DNA of 64,000 bases from Planctomycetota bacterium. Its GTDB lineage: Bacteria; Planctomycetota; GCA-002687715; CAIWVZ01. Numbering within the stretch: the first letter of the stretch is position 1; each line of letters opens with the position of its first letter. The position numbers and the translations under genes were made by a program. Positions 40,262 through 49,215 of this stretch are shown here, piece after piece. The notes below the pieces were generated by a model. That model made no database searches. It was given only the letters and a program-made list of their open reading frames with translations, and had not been told where the DNA came from. The stretch covers positions 320,001 through 384,000 of the forward strand of contig JBGANV010000002.1 in assembly GCA_044222185.1 (NCBI GenBank), given 5' to 3'.

Positions 40262-42601
40262 TCAGTACAGGAAGGTCATGACGGCGTTCTGGAACACGGG
40301 CGACACGTTCAACGTCGTATCGGCGTAGAGGTCCGTCACGAACCGGAAGTACCGCATGTTGGCCATCTGCCCGAGCAGCGCCGTGTTGACGGCGCCGTTC
40401 TGGTCGATGTACACGCCCGAAACGGTCGGGGTGACCCCTGGTCCCGGCGAGGCGGTGTTCGTCGCTTCAAGACGCCACACGCCGCGTGCGGTGCTGCCCG
40501 GCGGCGGTGTCGATTCGGTGGGCGTGAACTGCAGGTACGTGGGGTCAGGAACGCCCGTGTCGATCCACGCGGAGCGTGCGGACGAGATGCGCCCGACGAA
40601 CGTGAACCGCATCCGATAGATGTCGTAGCCGGCGTTCGCCGCAACCGCGCAGTTGTTCGCGGGCACCTGCGAGAGCGGCACGCCGATGAGACGATGGACG
40701 GGCGTCGGCGCCGTCGACCTGCAACGGTTGAAGTTGGGCTGCTGCGTCCCGCCTTCGATGTTCTGCTCAAGCAGCAGGTTGAACCCCTGGCCGCCTTGCC
40801 CCGTCGACGTTGCGAAATCGAAGGGCGGCGTCAGCACCGGGAAGGGCATGAACTGCGTGAACGCCGGCGGCACGACGTATGGCGAAGGCCCACCGCAGGC
40901 AACCTTCGTGCGGTTCGCGCCGGAGCTGCATGTGGCCGGAACCGGCGTGCCGGTCTGCCACGCCTGGTACGAGTAGTTGGCGTCGTAGACGGCCAGGAGT
41001 CCCGCCCCGGTCCCCGGGTTGACGGGAGAGGAGACGCTCGTGATTCCGCACCAGATCTGGTACGCCGGATACGTCGTCGCCGTGACCGTGTTGTAGACGG
41101 GGCTCCACTCGATCAACTCGAGGGAGTCCTTCGTCGAGCCCAGGTCGATCGAGTCGTAGACGTGCATGATGTGGGAGCCGCCGTTTGGGTTCAGGCCGAG
41201 GTTGCAGCCGCCGACTCCGCACAAGGCTCCGGAGGACGCCGACGACGCGTCGAACGGAGAGAACAAGCCCGCTGGGACACTCGGGGGGGGAGGGAGGGGA
41301 GGATCGACCAGAAGCTGGACCCGCGTGCCGAGCGAAAACGGTGTCGTGCCGGTCGCGCTTCCGGAGAGCGCCCTCCCCGTGAGCACGTCGGCCGCGGTCG
41401 CCGCATCCCAGCGCGCCGCCCCGAACGGTGGAACGAACGTCGTGTCGAGCTGCGTTTGGTCAGCGAACGAGATCGTCACCGCCCCCGGGTTGCTGCACGT
41501 GGTGCACGGCCCAACCTGGAAGGACGCCGCGGTCGCCGCCGACAAAGCAACAGTCGCATGCGACAGTCCCAGGGGCGGCGTGCGGATCGGCATGCCCGCG
41601 ATGACGAGGACGTCGAACTGGACCGTCCGTGGGGCAAGGCTGGTTCCGTACCCGGCGAGTGGTGTGAACACGAACGTGTCGTCGACGTCCGAGCCCGGAC
41701 GCGCCGTCGACCACGTCCCCGGCACCTGCACGTCGAGCGGCGTGGATCCCGTTCCGAGGCGGGTGACCACGAGGTTCGTCCCGACGACGAACGTCGAGGG
41801 ATCGACGAGGTTCGAGAACTGCACGATGACAGGCTCGTTCACACCCAGCGGGGGCGGCGTTCCCGGCATTCCGGACTGCGTCGCGATCGACGCGACCGTG
41901 AGGGGGAGCTGCGCCTGCGTGAACGCCGGTTCGACGAAGAAGACCGGCGACGGCCCGTTCGGGCTCACCAGAATCGGGAGCGCGTTCGGATCCCCGCCGG
42001 CAGCCTGCGCAGGGAACGTCCGGAAGCGAAACCCGTTCGACGCGGGAATCGACCAGACGTACTCCTCGTTGCCAGGGAATCCGGTGGCCGCCGTGATGCC
42101 GAAGCTGTTGCCGATGGCGACGCGCGGGTCGAGCACGATCGTGGCCGGATCGGTCACCGACCGTCCCACGAGGTAGGCACCCTCCGCTCCCCCGTAGAGG
42201 ATCTGCGACGGCGTGTTGCGGTAGATCTGCAACGACTGCCTCGCCGCGGCTTGATCGGCATAGGTGACGTATTGCACCGACTGTGCGCCGGAGGCATCGC
42301 GCCCGGCACGGACGACCGGGGTCGAGCCCCCCGCCGTGTCGAACCCTCCGAAAATCCCGTCGTCGAGGGGCTGATCGAAGGTGAAGAGGATCACCTGATC
42401 CCTCAGCGCGAGCGGGACCGACCTCCCGGCGTTCGGACCGGTCGAGTTGGTCGTCGTAAGTGATGTCGAGACGGTCGTGACGGTTCCCAAATGGGGTCCG
42501 TCGACGTGGTTTCCACCACAGGCGTTCAGGGTCACGATCAGGACGATCGCGCCGGCGAGCAGGGACAGACCGTCCCCCTGCCTCCTATTGGTCACGTTCA
42601 T
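40262..42601 (-). CDS. Large lipoprotein with bacterial Ig-like (Big_5/SbsA-like) domains
   Basis: Lipobox LNA-CGG; DQVILFTFDQPLD and NEPVIVQFSNLVDPST Ig-like starts; Thr/Pro/Gly-rich, several Cys pairs. Confidence 0.78.
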   Translation of the reverse strand: MNVTNRRQGDGLSLLAGAIVLIVTLNACGGNHVDGPHLGTVTTVSTSLTTTNSTGPNAGRSVPLALRDQVILFTFDQPLDDGIFGGFDTAGGSTPVVRAGRDASGAQSVQYVTYADQAAARQSLQIYRNTPSQILYGGAEGAYLVGRSVTDPATIVLDPRVAIGNSFGITAATGFPGNEEYVWSIPASNGFRFRTFPAQAAGGDPNALPILVSPNGPSPVFFVEPAFTQAQLPLTVASIATQSGMPGTPPPLGVNEPVIVQFSNLVDPSTFVVGTNLVVTRLGTGSTPLDVQVPGTWSTARPGSDVDDTFVFTPLAGYGTSLAPRTVQFDVLVIAGMPIRTPPLGLSHATVALSAATAASFQVGPCTTCSNPGAVTISFADQTQLDTTFVPPFGAARWDAATAADVLTGRALSGSATGTTPFSLGTRVQLLVDPPLPPPPSVPAGLFSPFDASSASSGALCGVGGCNLGLNPNGGSHIMHVYDSIDLGSTKDSLELIEWSPVYNTVTATTYPAYQIWCGITSVSSPVNPGTGAGLLAVYDANYSYQAWQTGTPVPATCSSGANRTKVACGGPSPYVVPPAFTQFMPFPVLTPPFDFATSTGQGGQGFNLLLEQNIEGGTQQPNFNRCRSTAPTPVHRLIGVPLSQVPANNCAVAANAGYDIYRMRFTFVGRISSARSAWIDTGVPDPTYLQFTPTESTPPPGSTARGVWRLEATNTASPGPGVTPTVSGVYIDQNGAVNTALLGQMANMRYFRFVTDLYADTTLNVSPVFQNAVMTFLY

Positions 42602-42619
42602 TGGCGAGCTCCGCAGTGT

Positions 42620-42635
42620 TGCAGCAACAGTTCCA
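42620..42635 (-). promoter_or_regulatory. Candidate sigma-54 promoter for the Ig-like lipoprotein
   Basis: Minus strand TGGAACTGTTGCTGCA = GG-N10-GC immediately upstream of ATG 42601. Confidence 0.45.
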
Positions 42636-42819
42636 AAGCCCCGTGGCAGGGGGCGTTCGCACGTCGCGCGGGATTCCGCCAGATCCGGCGCATCCGGGCG
42701 GGAGCCTATACGAAACGGGATCGCTGATGGAAGCCTGTTCGGACGCGCGCGGCACGCGGCGGTGCTTGACACGACGGGCGCCAAACGGTGAGCTGCGCCC
42801 CTTTCGCAGGAGATCCCTC

Positions 42820-43379
42820 ATGCTGCCCCTCACTGAATTCACGGTGCCGATCCTGGTTTCCGCAGCGTTCGTGTTCATCGCCAGCAGCCTGATCCACATG
42901 GTGATCAAGTACCACAACCCGGATTACCGGAAGCTCCCCAACGAGGACGACGTCCGCGCCGCAATCCGGAAGGGCAACCCGAGCCCGGGGCAGTACGTCC
43001 TGCCGTGGTGTCTCCATGGCGACACGTCCAACAAGGACGAGGTCGCACGACGGTTCGCCGAGGGCCCCGTCGGCATGGTCTGGCTCGCGCCAACGGGATG
43101 CCCCAGATGGGAGGCCTGCTGATCCGATGGTTCATCCTCTGCGCTCTGATCGCGCTTTTCGCCGCGTACCTCGCGTCACACGTGTTGCCGCGCGGGGCGC
43201 ATTACCTCGCAGTCTTCCGAGTCGTCGGAACGGTCGCGTTCCTCGGGTTCGGCGCCGGCGGTTGGGCCGAGGTGATCTGGAAGGGAAAGCCCGCGAGCTG
43301 CGCGCTGAAGGACACGGTCGACGCGCTCATCTACGCCATGGTGATTGCCGGGACGTTCGGCTGGCTCTGGCCGCACTGA
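42820..43379 (+). pseudogene. Conserved membrane protein split by a 1-nt frameshift (pseudogene or sequencing error)
   Basis: Frame A MLPLTEFTVPILVSAAFVFIASSLIHM...GPVGMVWLAP joins frame B NGMPQMGGLLIRWF...FGWLWPH if one base is added at 43090-43091; RBS AGGAG. Confidence 0.72.
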
Positions 43380-43387
43380 CTCGCGGC

Positions 43388-43822
43388 TCAGCGGCGATTG
43401 GCGCGGCGCGCGATCCACGCGCCGACCGTGGCCGGCAAGGCGTACCCGCAGTAGCCCAGGATCTCGAACGGGAGCAGGTTGTGGCTCGTCGGTGAGCGCG
43501 CCATCTCGACTGCCATGCCGATGGGGAACAGGACGACCATTCCGAGCCCGACCAGGAGTGGCGCTGTGGCAAACCGTCGCGCGATGGCGAAGCCTGCGAC
43601 ACCGAACACGAGCGCCGTGACCCCGTCGTAGTTGGCGGCGAGCAACCCGGTGAGGAAGTACTCCTCTGCGTCCCGCTCCTTCGGCATCGCTCGAAAGACG
43701 AGCCAGTGAGCACCGATGGCGGCGGGGCCGGCGAGCACGGCGAACAGCAGTCCGGCGACGGGTCCACCGGTGCCGCGCTGCACGCCGTCATCGGGGGTCG
43801 CCTGGATCGTCGGGTTCGTCAT
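43388..43822 (-). CDS. Hypothetical 4-TM membrane protein
   Basis: Four hydrophobic segments; motif PTSHNLLPFE. Confidence 0.7.
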   Translation of the reverse strand: MTNPTIQATPDDGVQRGTGGPVAGLLFAVLAGPAAIGAHWLVFRAMPKERDAEEYFLTGLLAANYDGVTALVFGVAGFAIARRFATAPLLVGLGMVVLFPIGMAVEMARSPTSHNLLPFEILGYCGYALPATVGAWIARRANRR

Positions 43823-43915
43823 TTTCGTCGCGCGCACCGTCGGCGCACGGACTGAGGATGCCAAATCGGAACGGTGCGTCGCGCGGAATGGCTGGCGACG
43901 GCGATCTGTTTTCCT

Positions 43916-44033
43916 GGAAGGGCGGGCGCCCAGCCTTCCGGCCAGGCACGGCCTGGCGCTCCGGCGGCGGCGGCGTTCGACGCGGTTTCAGGATCCGCGA
44001 GCTGTTCGCGCGGGAGGGCCAGCCTTCGGCTGG
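43916..44033. repeat. REP-like palindromes
   Basis: GGAAGGGCGGGCGCCCAGCCTTCC-G-GCCAGGC-ACG-GCCTGGC-GCTCCGG has the same two-hairpin architecture and GGCGCTCCGG end as 3455-3503; also GGAG-GG-CCAGCC-TTC-GGCTGG at 44013-44033. Confidence 0.5.
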
Positions 44034-44257
44034 ATCTCGCGGACTCGATCAAAAACCAGATCCCGGCGCGAGCCCGGTCGAGCCTTCACATCGGCGAGCG
44101 AGCATGGTCGCGCGTGGCGCGCGGGCCGGCTTGCTGCCAACCTGTCGACGTCGAGTTTCGTTGCTTTCCGTCGTCGCCGATCTGATGTCTCGTCCCGGCG
44201 GTCGATATCACCCCCCATGACGTCCCGGGTGGCAGTCGCCGGTCCGCCGTCCCGCAT

Positions 44258-44569
44258 TCATCCCCGCCGTGCGCGGTGCCGGCGCGGTGGCGTCGCCCGG
44301 CCCGACTCGGAACGGCGGCCGCGTCGTTCCGATTGGGCGGCGCCGTGCTCGCGATGATGGCGAAGGTGCCGAAGCAGGGCGTGGTGCGCCGCGCGACGCT
44401 CGCGGCGGTCGAGCCTTCCATCGTGGTTGCGATCGAAACGGTGCATGAGGCGCTCGTGCGCGTGGGCTCGGGGCGCTTCACCTCCCTGATGGCGGCGGTG
44501 CTGTGCGGTCACCACGCCTGGAATCAACGCGAGAACGAACAGGACGATGATGGGTGTGGCGCGAGTCAT
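44258..44569 (-). CDS. Small secreted His/Arg-rich EF-hand protein
   Basis: RBS GGAGGAG; signal peptide VVTA-Q; EF-hand loop FDRNHDGRLDRRE. Confidence 0.72.
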   Translation of the reverse strand: MTRATPIIVLFVLALIPGVVTAQHRRHQGGEAPRAHAHERLMHRFDRNHDGRLDRRERRAAHHALLRHLRHHREHGAAQSERRGRRSESGRATPPRRHRARRG

Positions 44570-44700
44570 CTGTCTCCTCCGTGGATGTTGGTCGCCGTCG
44601 TGAACGGCATGGACGCGAAGATCTTTCGACCGAACGACATCCCATGAACCCGCGGCGGCGCGATCGGTTCCGCCGGCCTTGCGGGCCGAATGGCCGCAAC

Positions 44701-45180
44701 TCAGGGAACACGCGCGAGCGTGACGAATTCGCAGGTCGGTGGCGCCGACGCTGAATCCTCGGTCGGGATTTCACGCCATCCTTGCGAATCCAACGCAGGG
44801 AAAAACACGTCTCCATCGTGAACGCCGCGGACCCGCGTCAGGTGCAGGCGATCGGCGCGCAGGAGGAACCAGGCGAAGATGTCGGCACCGCCGATGACCA
44901 TCACCTCGGACGCGGCGCCGGCGGCCGCCAGGGCATCCTCGGGTGATCGCACGACGGTGCACCCGGGCGCCTGAAACGCGGCGGAGCGCGTGATCACGAT
45001 GTTCTGCCGCCCGGGCAACGGCTTGCCGATCGAGTCGAACGTCTTGCGTCCCATGATCACGGGCTTCCCCAGCGTGATCTTCTTGAAGCGCTTCAAGTCC
45101 TCGGGGATGTGCCAGGGCAGGCGCCCATCCTTGCCGATCACGCGCGCCTCGTCCATGGCGACGATGATGGAGATCAGCAT
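44701..45180 (-). CDS. folA: Dihydrofolate reductase
   Basis: IVAMD...IGKDGRLPWHIPEDLKRFK, MGRKTFDSIGKPLPGRQNIVIT, VIGGA, GDVFFP. Confidence 0.96.
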   Translation of the reverse strand: MLISIIVAMDEARVIGKDGRLPWHIPEDLKRFKKITLGKPVIMGRKTFDSIGKPLPGRQNIVITRSAAFQAPGCTVVRSPEDALAAAGAASEVMVIGGADIFAWFLLRADRLHLTRVRGVHDGDVFFPALDSQGWREIPTEDSASAPPTCEFVTLARVP

Positions 45181-45184
45181 GAGG

Positions 45185-45979
45185 TCAGACGGCAACGGGA
45201 GCCTTGATCGCGGGATGGGACTGGTAGCCGCGGATCTCCACGTCCTCGTATCGGAAGTCGCCGATCTCGGTCACTCCGTCCCGCAGGACGAGCGTGGGCA
45301 ACGGGAGCGGCTCGCGCGTCAGCTGGAGATCCGCCTGATCGACGTGATTGGCGTAGAGGTGAACGTCGCCGAACGAGTGGATGAAATCGCCGGGCTCGTT
45401 CCCCGTGACCCGCGCCACCATGGCGGTGAGCAGCGCATAGGACGCGATGTTGAACGGGACCCCGAGGAACACGTCGGCACTGCGCTGATACAGGTGACAC
45501 GAGAGCCGTCCCTGCGCGACGTGAAACTGGAACAGCACGTGACACGGCTGAAGGGCCATCTTCGGCAGGTCGCCCACGTTCCACGCACTGACGACGAGGC
45601 GGCGTGAGTCAGGATTGCGTCGGATCTCCTCGATGACTGAACCGAGCTGATCGACGACGCGGCCGTCGGCCGTGACCCAGCGACGCCATTGCGCTCCGTA
45701 GACGGGGCCCAGGTTGCCCTGACCGTCGGCCCACTCGTCCCAGATCGTGACGCCGTGTTCGCGCAGGTATTGGACGTTGGTGTCGCCGCGGATGAACCAC
45801 AGCAACTCGTGGATGATGGACTTCTGATGGACCTTCTTCGTCGTGACGAGAGGGAAGCCCTGCGAGAGGTCGAAGCGGAGCTGGGCGCCGAAGATGGAGA
45901 GCGTTCCCGTCCCCGTGCGGTCGGCTTTCCGCACGCCGTTCTGCCGGATGTGGCGCAACAGCTCGAGGTAGCTCTTCAT
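45185..45979 (-). CDS. thyA: Thymidylate synthase
   Basis: [50 protein letters not shown]. Confidence 0.97.
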   Translation of the reverse strand: MKSYLELLRHIRQNGVRKADRTGTGTLSIFGAQLRFDLSQGFPLVTTKKVHQKSIIHELLWFIRGDTNVQYLREHGVTIWDEWADGQGNLGPVYGAQWRRWVTADGRVVDQLGSVIEEIRRNPDSRRLVVSAWNVGDLPKMALQPCHVLFQFHVAQGRLSCHLYQRSADVFLGVPFNIASYALLTAMVARVTGNEPGDFIHSFGDVHLYANHVDQADLQLTREPLPLPTLVLRDGVTEIGDFRYEDVEIRGYQSHPAIKAPVAV

Positions 45980-46013
45980 GGCCGTATCCTGAGGCCGCGC
46001 GGGCCGATCGGGG

Positions 46014-46775
46014 TCACGCGCGGAATTCGTCCACGATCTCGCCGCTCTCGGCCGTCGCTTCGCCGCGCCAGAAGATGCGGATGTCACCGATGGCGCCGTC
46101 CTGTGCGCAGCCGACCATCTGTTTCTTGAGAAGCAGCAGGAGCGCGAGGAACAGGCCGATCTTCTCCTGGCGCGGGGCTTCGGCGCGCATGAGGTCGGTG
46201 AACAGGACCGAGGATTCGCGCTGCACGCGTTCCGTCAACTGCTGTGCGTACACGCGGACCGGTGTGTCGTCGATGCGGACCGTCCGCTCCTTCGGAGCTC
46301 CTCCGCCGGTCGCCTCCATGAGCTTGGCGAAGGTGTCCAAGAGGTCGAAGAGCGTGACTTCGTCCATGGACCGATCTTTTTCCACCGGGCCGTCGACGCG
46401 CGCGGACTCCGGGCGACCCACCATCTGGGAGAACGTCGCGGCGCGCTGCTCGAGCTCCTGGCACTGGTCCTTGAGGCGCTTGTACTCGAGGAGCTGCTGA
46501 ACGAGGCCGTAGCGGGGATCGATCTCCTGCTCCAAGTCGACCTGTTCGGCTGGCAGCAGCATCTTCGACTTGATCACCATCAGGGTCGCCGCGAGCACGA
46601 GGAACTCACCCGCGTCGTCCAGATCCAATTCCTGGATCAGCTTCATGTGGGCCAGGTACTGGTCGAGCACGCGCGAGATCGGGATGTCGTGGATGTCGAT
46701 CTCCTCCTTGCGGATGAGCCACAGGAGGAGGTCCATGGGACCGGCGAAATTCTCGAGCTGGACGCGATACTCCAC
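46014..46775 (-). CDS. scpA: Segregation and condensation protein A (kleisin)
   Basis: [51 protein letters not shown]; start GTG 46775 or 46793. Confidence 0.93.
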   Translation of the reverse strand: MEYRVQLENFAGPMDLLLWLIRKEEIDIHDIPISRVLDQYLAHMKLIQELDLDDAGEFLVLAATLMVIKSKMLLPAEQVDLEQEIDPRYGLVQQLLEYKRLKDQCQELEQRAATFSQMVGRPESARVDGPVEKDRSMDEVTLFDLLDTFAKLMEATGGGAPKERTVRIDDTPVRVYAQQLTERVQRESSVLFTDLMRAEAPRQEKIGLFLALLLLLKKQMVGCAQDGAIGDIRIFWRGEATAESGEIVDEFRA

Positions 46776-46777
46776 GA

Positions 46778-47521
46778 TCAGACCCCTCTCCACCGGCGAA
46801 ACACCGAAGCCATGTGGAACACGTACTCCTCAACGTTCCCCTGGGTCTTCAGGAACCATCGCGGGAACCCCGGCCCCACGACCGGGATGAACCGTGCGAG
46901 GTTGCCCGTGATCCAGAACAACCCGATACCGAGGATCAGCACCGTCACGGGGGCCATCATGTAATAGACGTGACGCACCTTGTCCGGCAGGATCGCTCCG
47001 AGGATGCGGCTTCCGTCCGCGGGCGGCAGCGGAACGAGGTTGATGATCACGAGGAAGACCGAGAACCACAGTGACAGGTTCAGGATCTTGAACAGGATCG
47101 AGCCCTGGGCGTCGATCTCGTCGATCACGTCGTAGGCCATGAGACCGGCGGCGACCGTCGCGCAGATGAACGCGAAGATGGCGTTGCCGAGCGGCCCGGC
47201 GATGGCGACGAGAGCCATGCGTCTCGGCCCGATCTTCCCCGCATCGACCATGACGGGACGCGCCCCGCCCATGGGGCACTGGAGAAGCACGTACGTCACG
47301 ATCGGCATGACGATCGTGAGGAACCAATGGATGTGGTTGATCGGGTTGAGCGTCATCCTCTTGCGGATCTCGTCACGCTTGTCCCCCGCCCACCAGGCGA
47401 CGACCGCATGGCCCGCTTCGTGCAGCGAATTGCTGATGAGCAGTAGGACGATCACGCCCGCGATGACGTAGGCGTCCTTCTTCGAGAAATTGAAGCCCGA
47501 GGCGAGGAGGAGGGAGGGCAT
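46778..47521 (-). CDS. Site-2 protease family (M50) metalloprotease
   Basis: LHEAGH, TLNPINH, VAIAGPLGN, NLVPLPPADG. Confidence 0.92.
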   Translation of the reverse strand: MPSLLLASGFNFSKKDAYVIAGVIVLLLISNSLHEAGHAVVAWWAGDKRDEIRKRMTLNPINHIHWFLTIVMPIVTYVLLQCPMGGARPVMVDAGKIGPRRMALVAIAGPLGNAIFAFICATVAAGLMAYDVIDEIDAQGSILFKILNLSLWFSVFLVIINLVPLPPADGSRILGAILPDKVRHVYYMMAPVTVLILGIGLFWITGNLARFIPVVGPGFPRWFLKTQGNVEEYVFHMASVFRRWRGV

Positions 47522-47726
47522 GGAGTCCGATCGCACGGACCGCGCCGCGCGTGAGATGACCGCGATCGTACCAGTGTGCCGAAAGGCGGTCAAAAAGCGC
47601 CAAGCCGCAGCGTCGTGCGGGATGCGCGCACCGAAACGGACGCGTGGCGCGCGTTGTCCGTGTCCGACGGCACACGTAAGATCCGCCGCATTTTTTTCCC
47701 GCTCCGCGCTTCCGGGGAGATCGCGG

Positions 47727-48695
47727 TTGACCGACACGATCACCTACGCCAGGCAAGTCCTCTCCATCGAAGCGCAAGCCGTCTCGGCACTCGTCTCCGG
47801 GCTCGGCTCATCCTTCGAGCAGGCCGTCCGTCTCCTGCTCGACTGCAAGAGCATGACGGTCGTCTCGGGCATCGGAAAGTCCGGGCTCATCGGCCAGAAG
47901 CTCTCGGCAACCCTGGCTTCCACCGGAACCCCGGGGTTCTTCCTGCATCCGTCGGACGCCATGCACGGAGACCTGGGACGCGTCCGGGCGGGCGACGTGG
48001 CCATCCTCCTCAGCCAGAGCGGCGAGAGCGAGGAGATCGTGCGACTCATCGACCCGCTGAAGCGCATCGGGGCGCGGGTGATCGCCATGACCGGCAACAC
48101 GCAATCCACGCTCGGGCGGAACGCGGACGTCGTCCTCGACTGCGGCCGCGCGCCGGAGGCGTGCCCCCTTGGCCTCGCCCCGACGACCAGCACGGTGGCT
48201 CAGCTCGCGCTCGGCGATGCGCTCGCCATGACCGTGCAGCAGCTTCGTGGATTCCAGAGGGAGGATTACGCCCGTTTCCACCCGGCCGGTCAGCTCGGTC
48301 GCCGTCTCATGCGCGTCGCCGAAATCATGCGGCGCGGCGATTCCCACACGGTCGTGTCAGCAGGGATGACGGCGAAGGCCGTCGTCATGCGGATGAACAC
48401 GACGCGTGGTCGGCCGGGGGCCGCCGCGATCGTCGACTCCGGGGGCGTGCTCGCCGGTTTCTTCACCGACGGCGACCTCGCCCGCCACCTGGAGCGCGAC
48501 ATCCTCTTCCTCGAACGGCCGATCGACGAGGTGATGAATCGCTCGCCGATCACCATCGCCCCCGAAACGCTCGCCTCAGAAGCCTTGCAGATCCTCCGAG
48601 ACCGCCACATCGACCAGCTCGTCGTCCTGGACGGCGAGCGTCGCCCGGTGGGACTGCTCGACGTGCAGGACGTGCTCGCCGCACGGATCATCTGA
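47727..48695 (+). CDS. kdsD: Arabinose-5-phosphate isomerase (KpsF/GutQ, SIS + CBS)
   Basis: GIGKSGLIGQK, HGDLG, EACPLGLAPTTST, FHPAG, FTDGDL; TTG start after GGGGAG. Confidence 0.93.
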   Translation: MTDTITYARQVLSIEAQAVSALVSGLGSSFEQAVRLLLDCKSMTVVSGIGKSGLIGQKLSATLASTGTPGFFLHPSDAMHGDLGRVRAGDVAILLSQSGESEEIVRLIDPLKRIGARVIAMTGNTQSTLGRNADVVLDCGRAPEACPLGLAPTTSTVAQLALGDALAMTVQQLRGFQREDYARFHPAGQLGRRLMRVAEIMRRGDSHTVVSAGMTAKAVVMRMNTTRGRPGAAAIVDSGGVLAGFFTDGDLARHLERDILFLERPIDEVMNRSPITIAPETLASEALQILRDRHIDQLVVLDGERRPVGLLDVQDVLAARII

Positions 48696-48696
48696 C

Positions 48697-49215
48697 ATGG
48701 CCATGCCCGACTTCGGTCCCATCCAATTGCTCGTCCTCGACGTCGACGGGATCCTCACCGACGGCATGCTGTACGTCTCGGACGACGGACAGGCGTCCAA
48801 GCGGTTCTCCATCGTGGACGGCGCCGGCCTCGTCTATTGGCAGCGTGCCGGGCTGAAGGCCGCCATCATCTCCGGACATTCCTCGCAGGCGACACTCACG
48901 CGCTTCAAGTCGCTGGGTCTCGATGAGGTCCACGTCGGAGTGAAGGACAAGCTCGAGACCTACTTGTCGGTTCTGGACCGCATGGGCCTCACGCCCAAGC
49001 AGACGGCGGTGATGGGCGACGACCTCATGGATCTCCCCCTGCTCAAGCGCGCGGGCTTCTCCGCGACGGTCGGGCCGGCGCACGAGGCGTGCCGTCGCGT
49101 CGCCCATTACGTCACGGAGAAACAGCCCGGTAACGGCGCGGTGCGTGAAGTCATCGAGCTGATCCTGAAGGCGAAGGGCCTCTTCGACGCGATCCTGGAG
49201 CGCTACGACGCGTGA
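48697..49215 (+). CDS. kdsC: KDO 8-phosphate phosphatase (HAD)
   Basis: LDVDGILTDG, IISG, MGDDLMD, GNGAVRE. Confidence 0.93.
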   Translation: MAMPDFGPIQLLVLDVDGILTDGMLYVSDDGQASKRFSIVDGAGLVYWQRAGLKAAIISGHSSQATLTRFKSLGLDEVHVGVKDKLETYLSVLDRMGLTPKQTAVMGDDLMDLPLLKRAGFSATVGPAHEACRRVAHYVTEKQPGNGAVREVIELILKAKGLFDAILERYDA

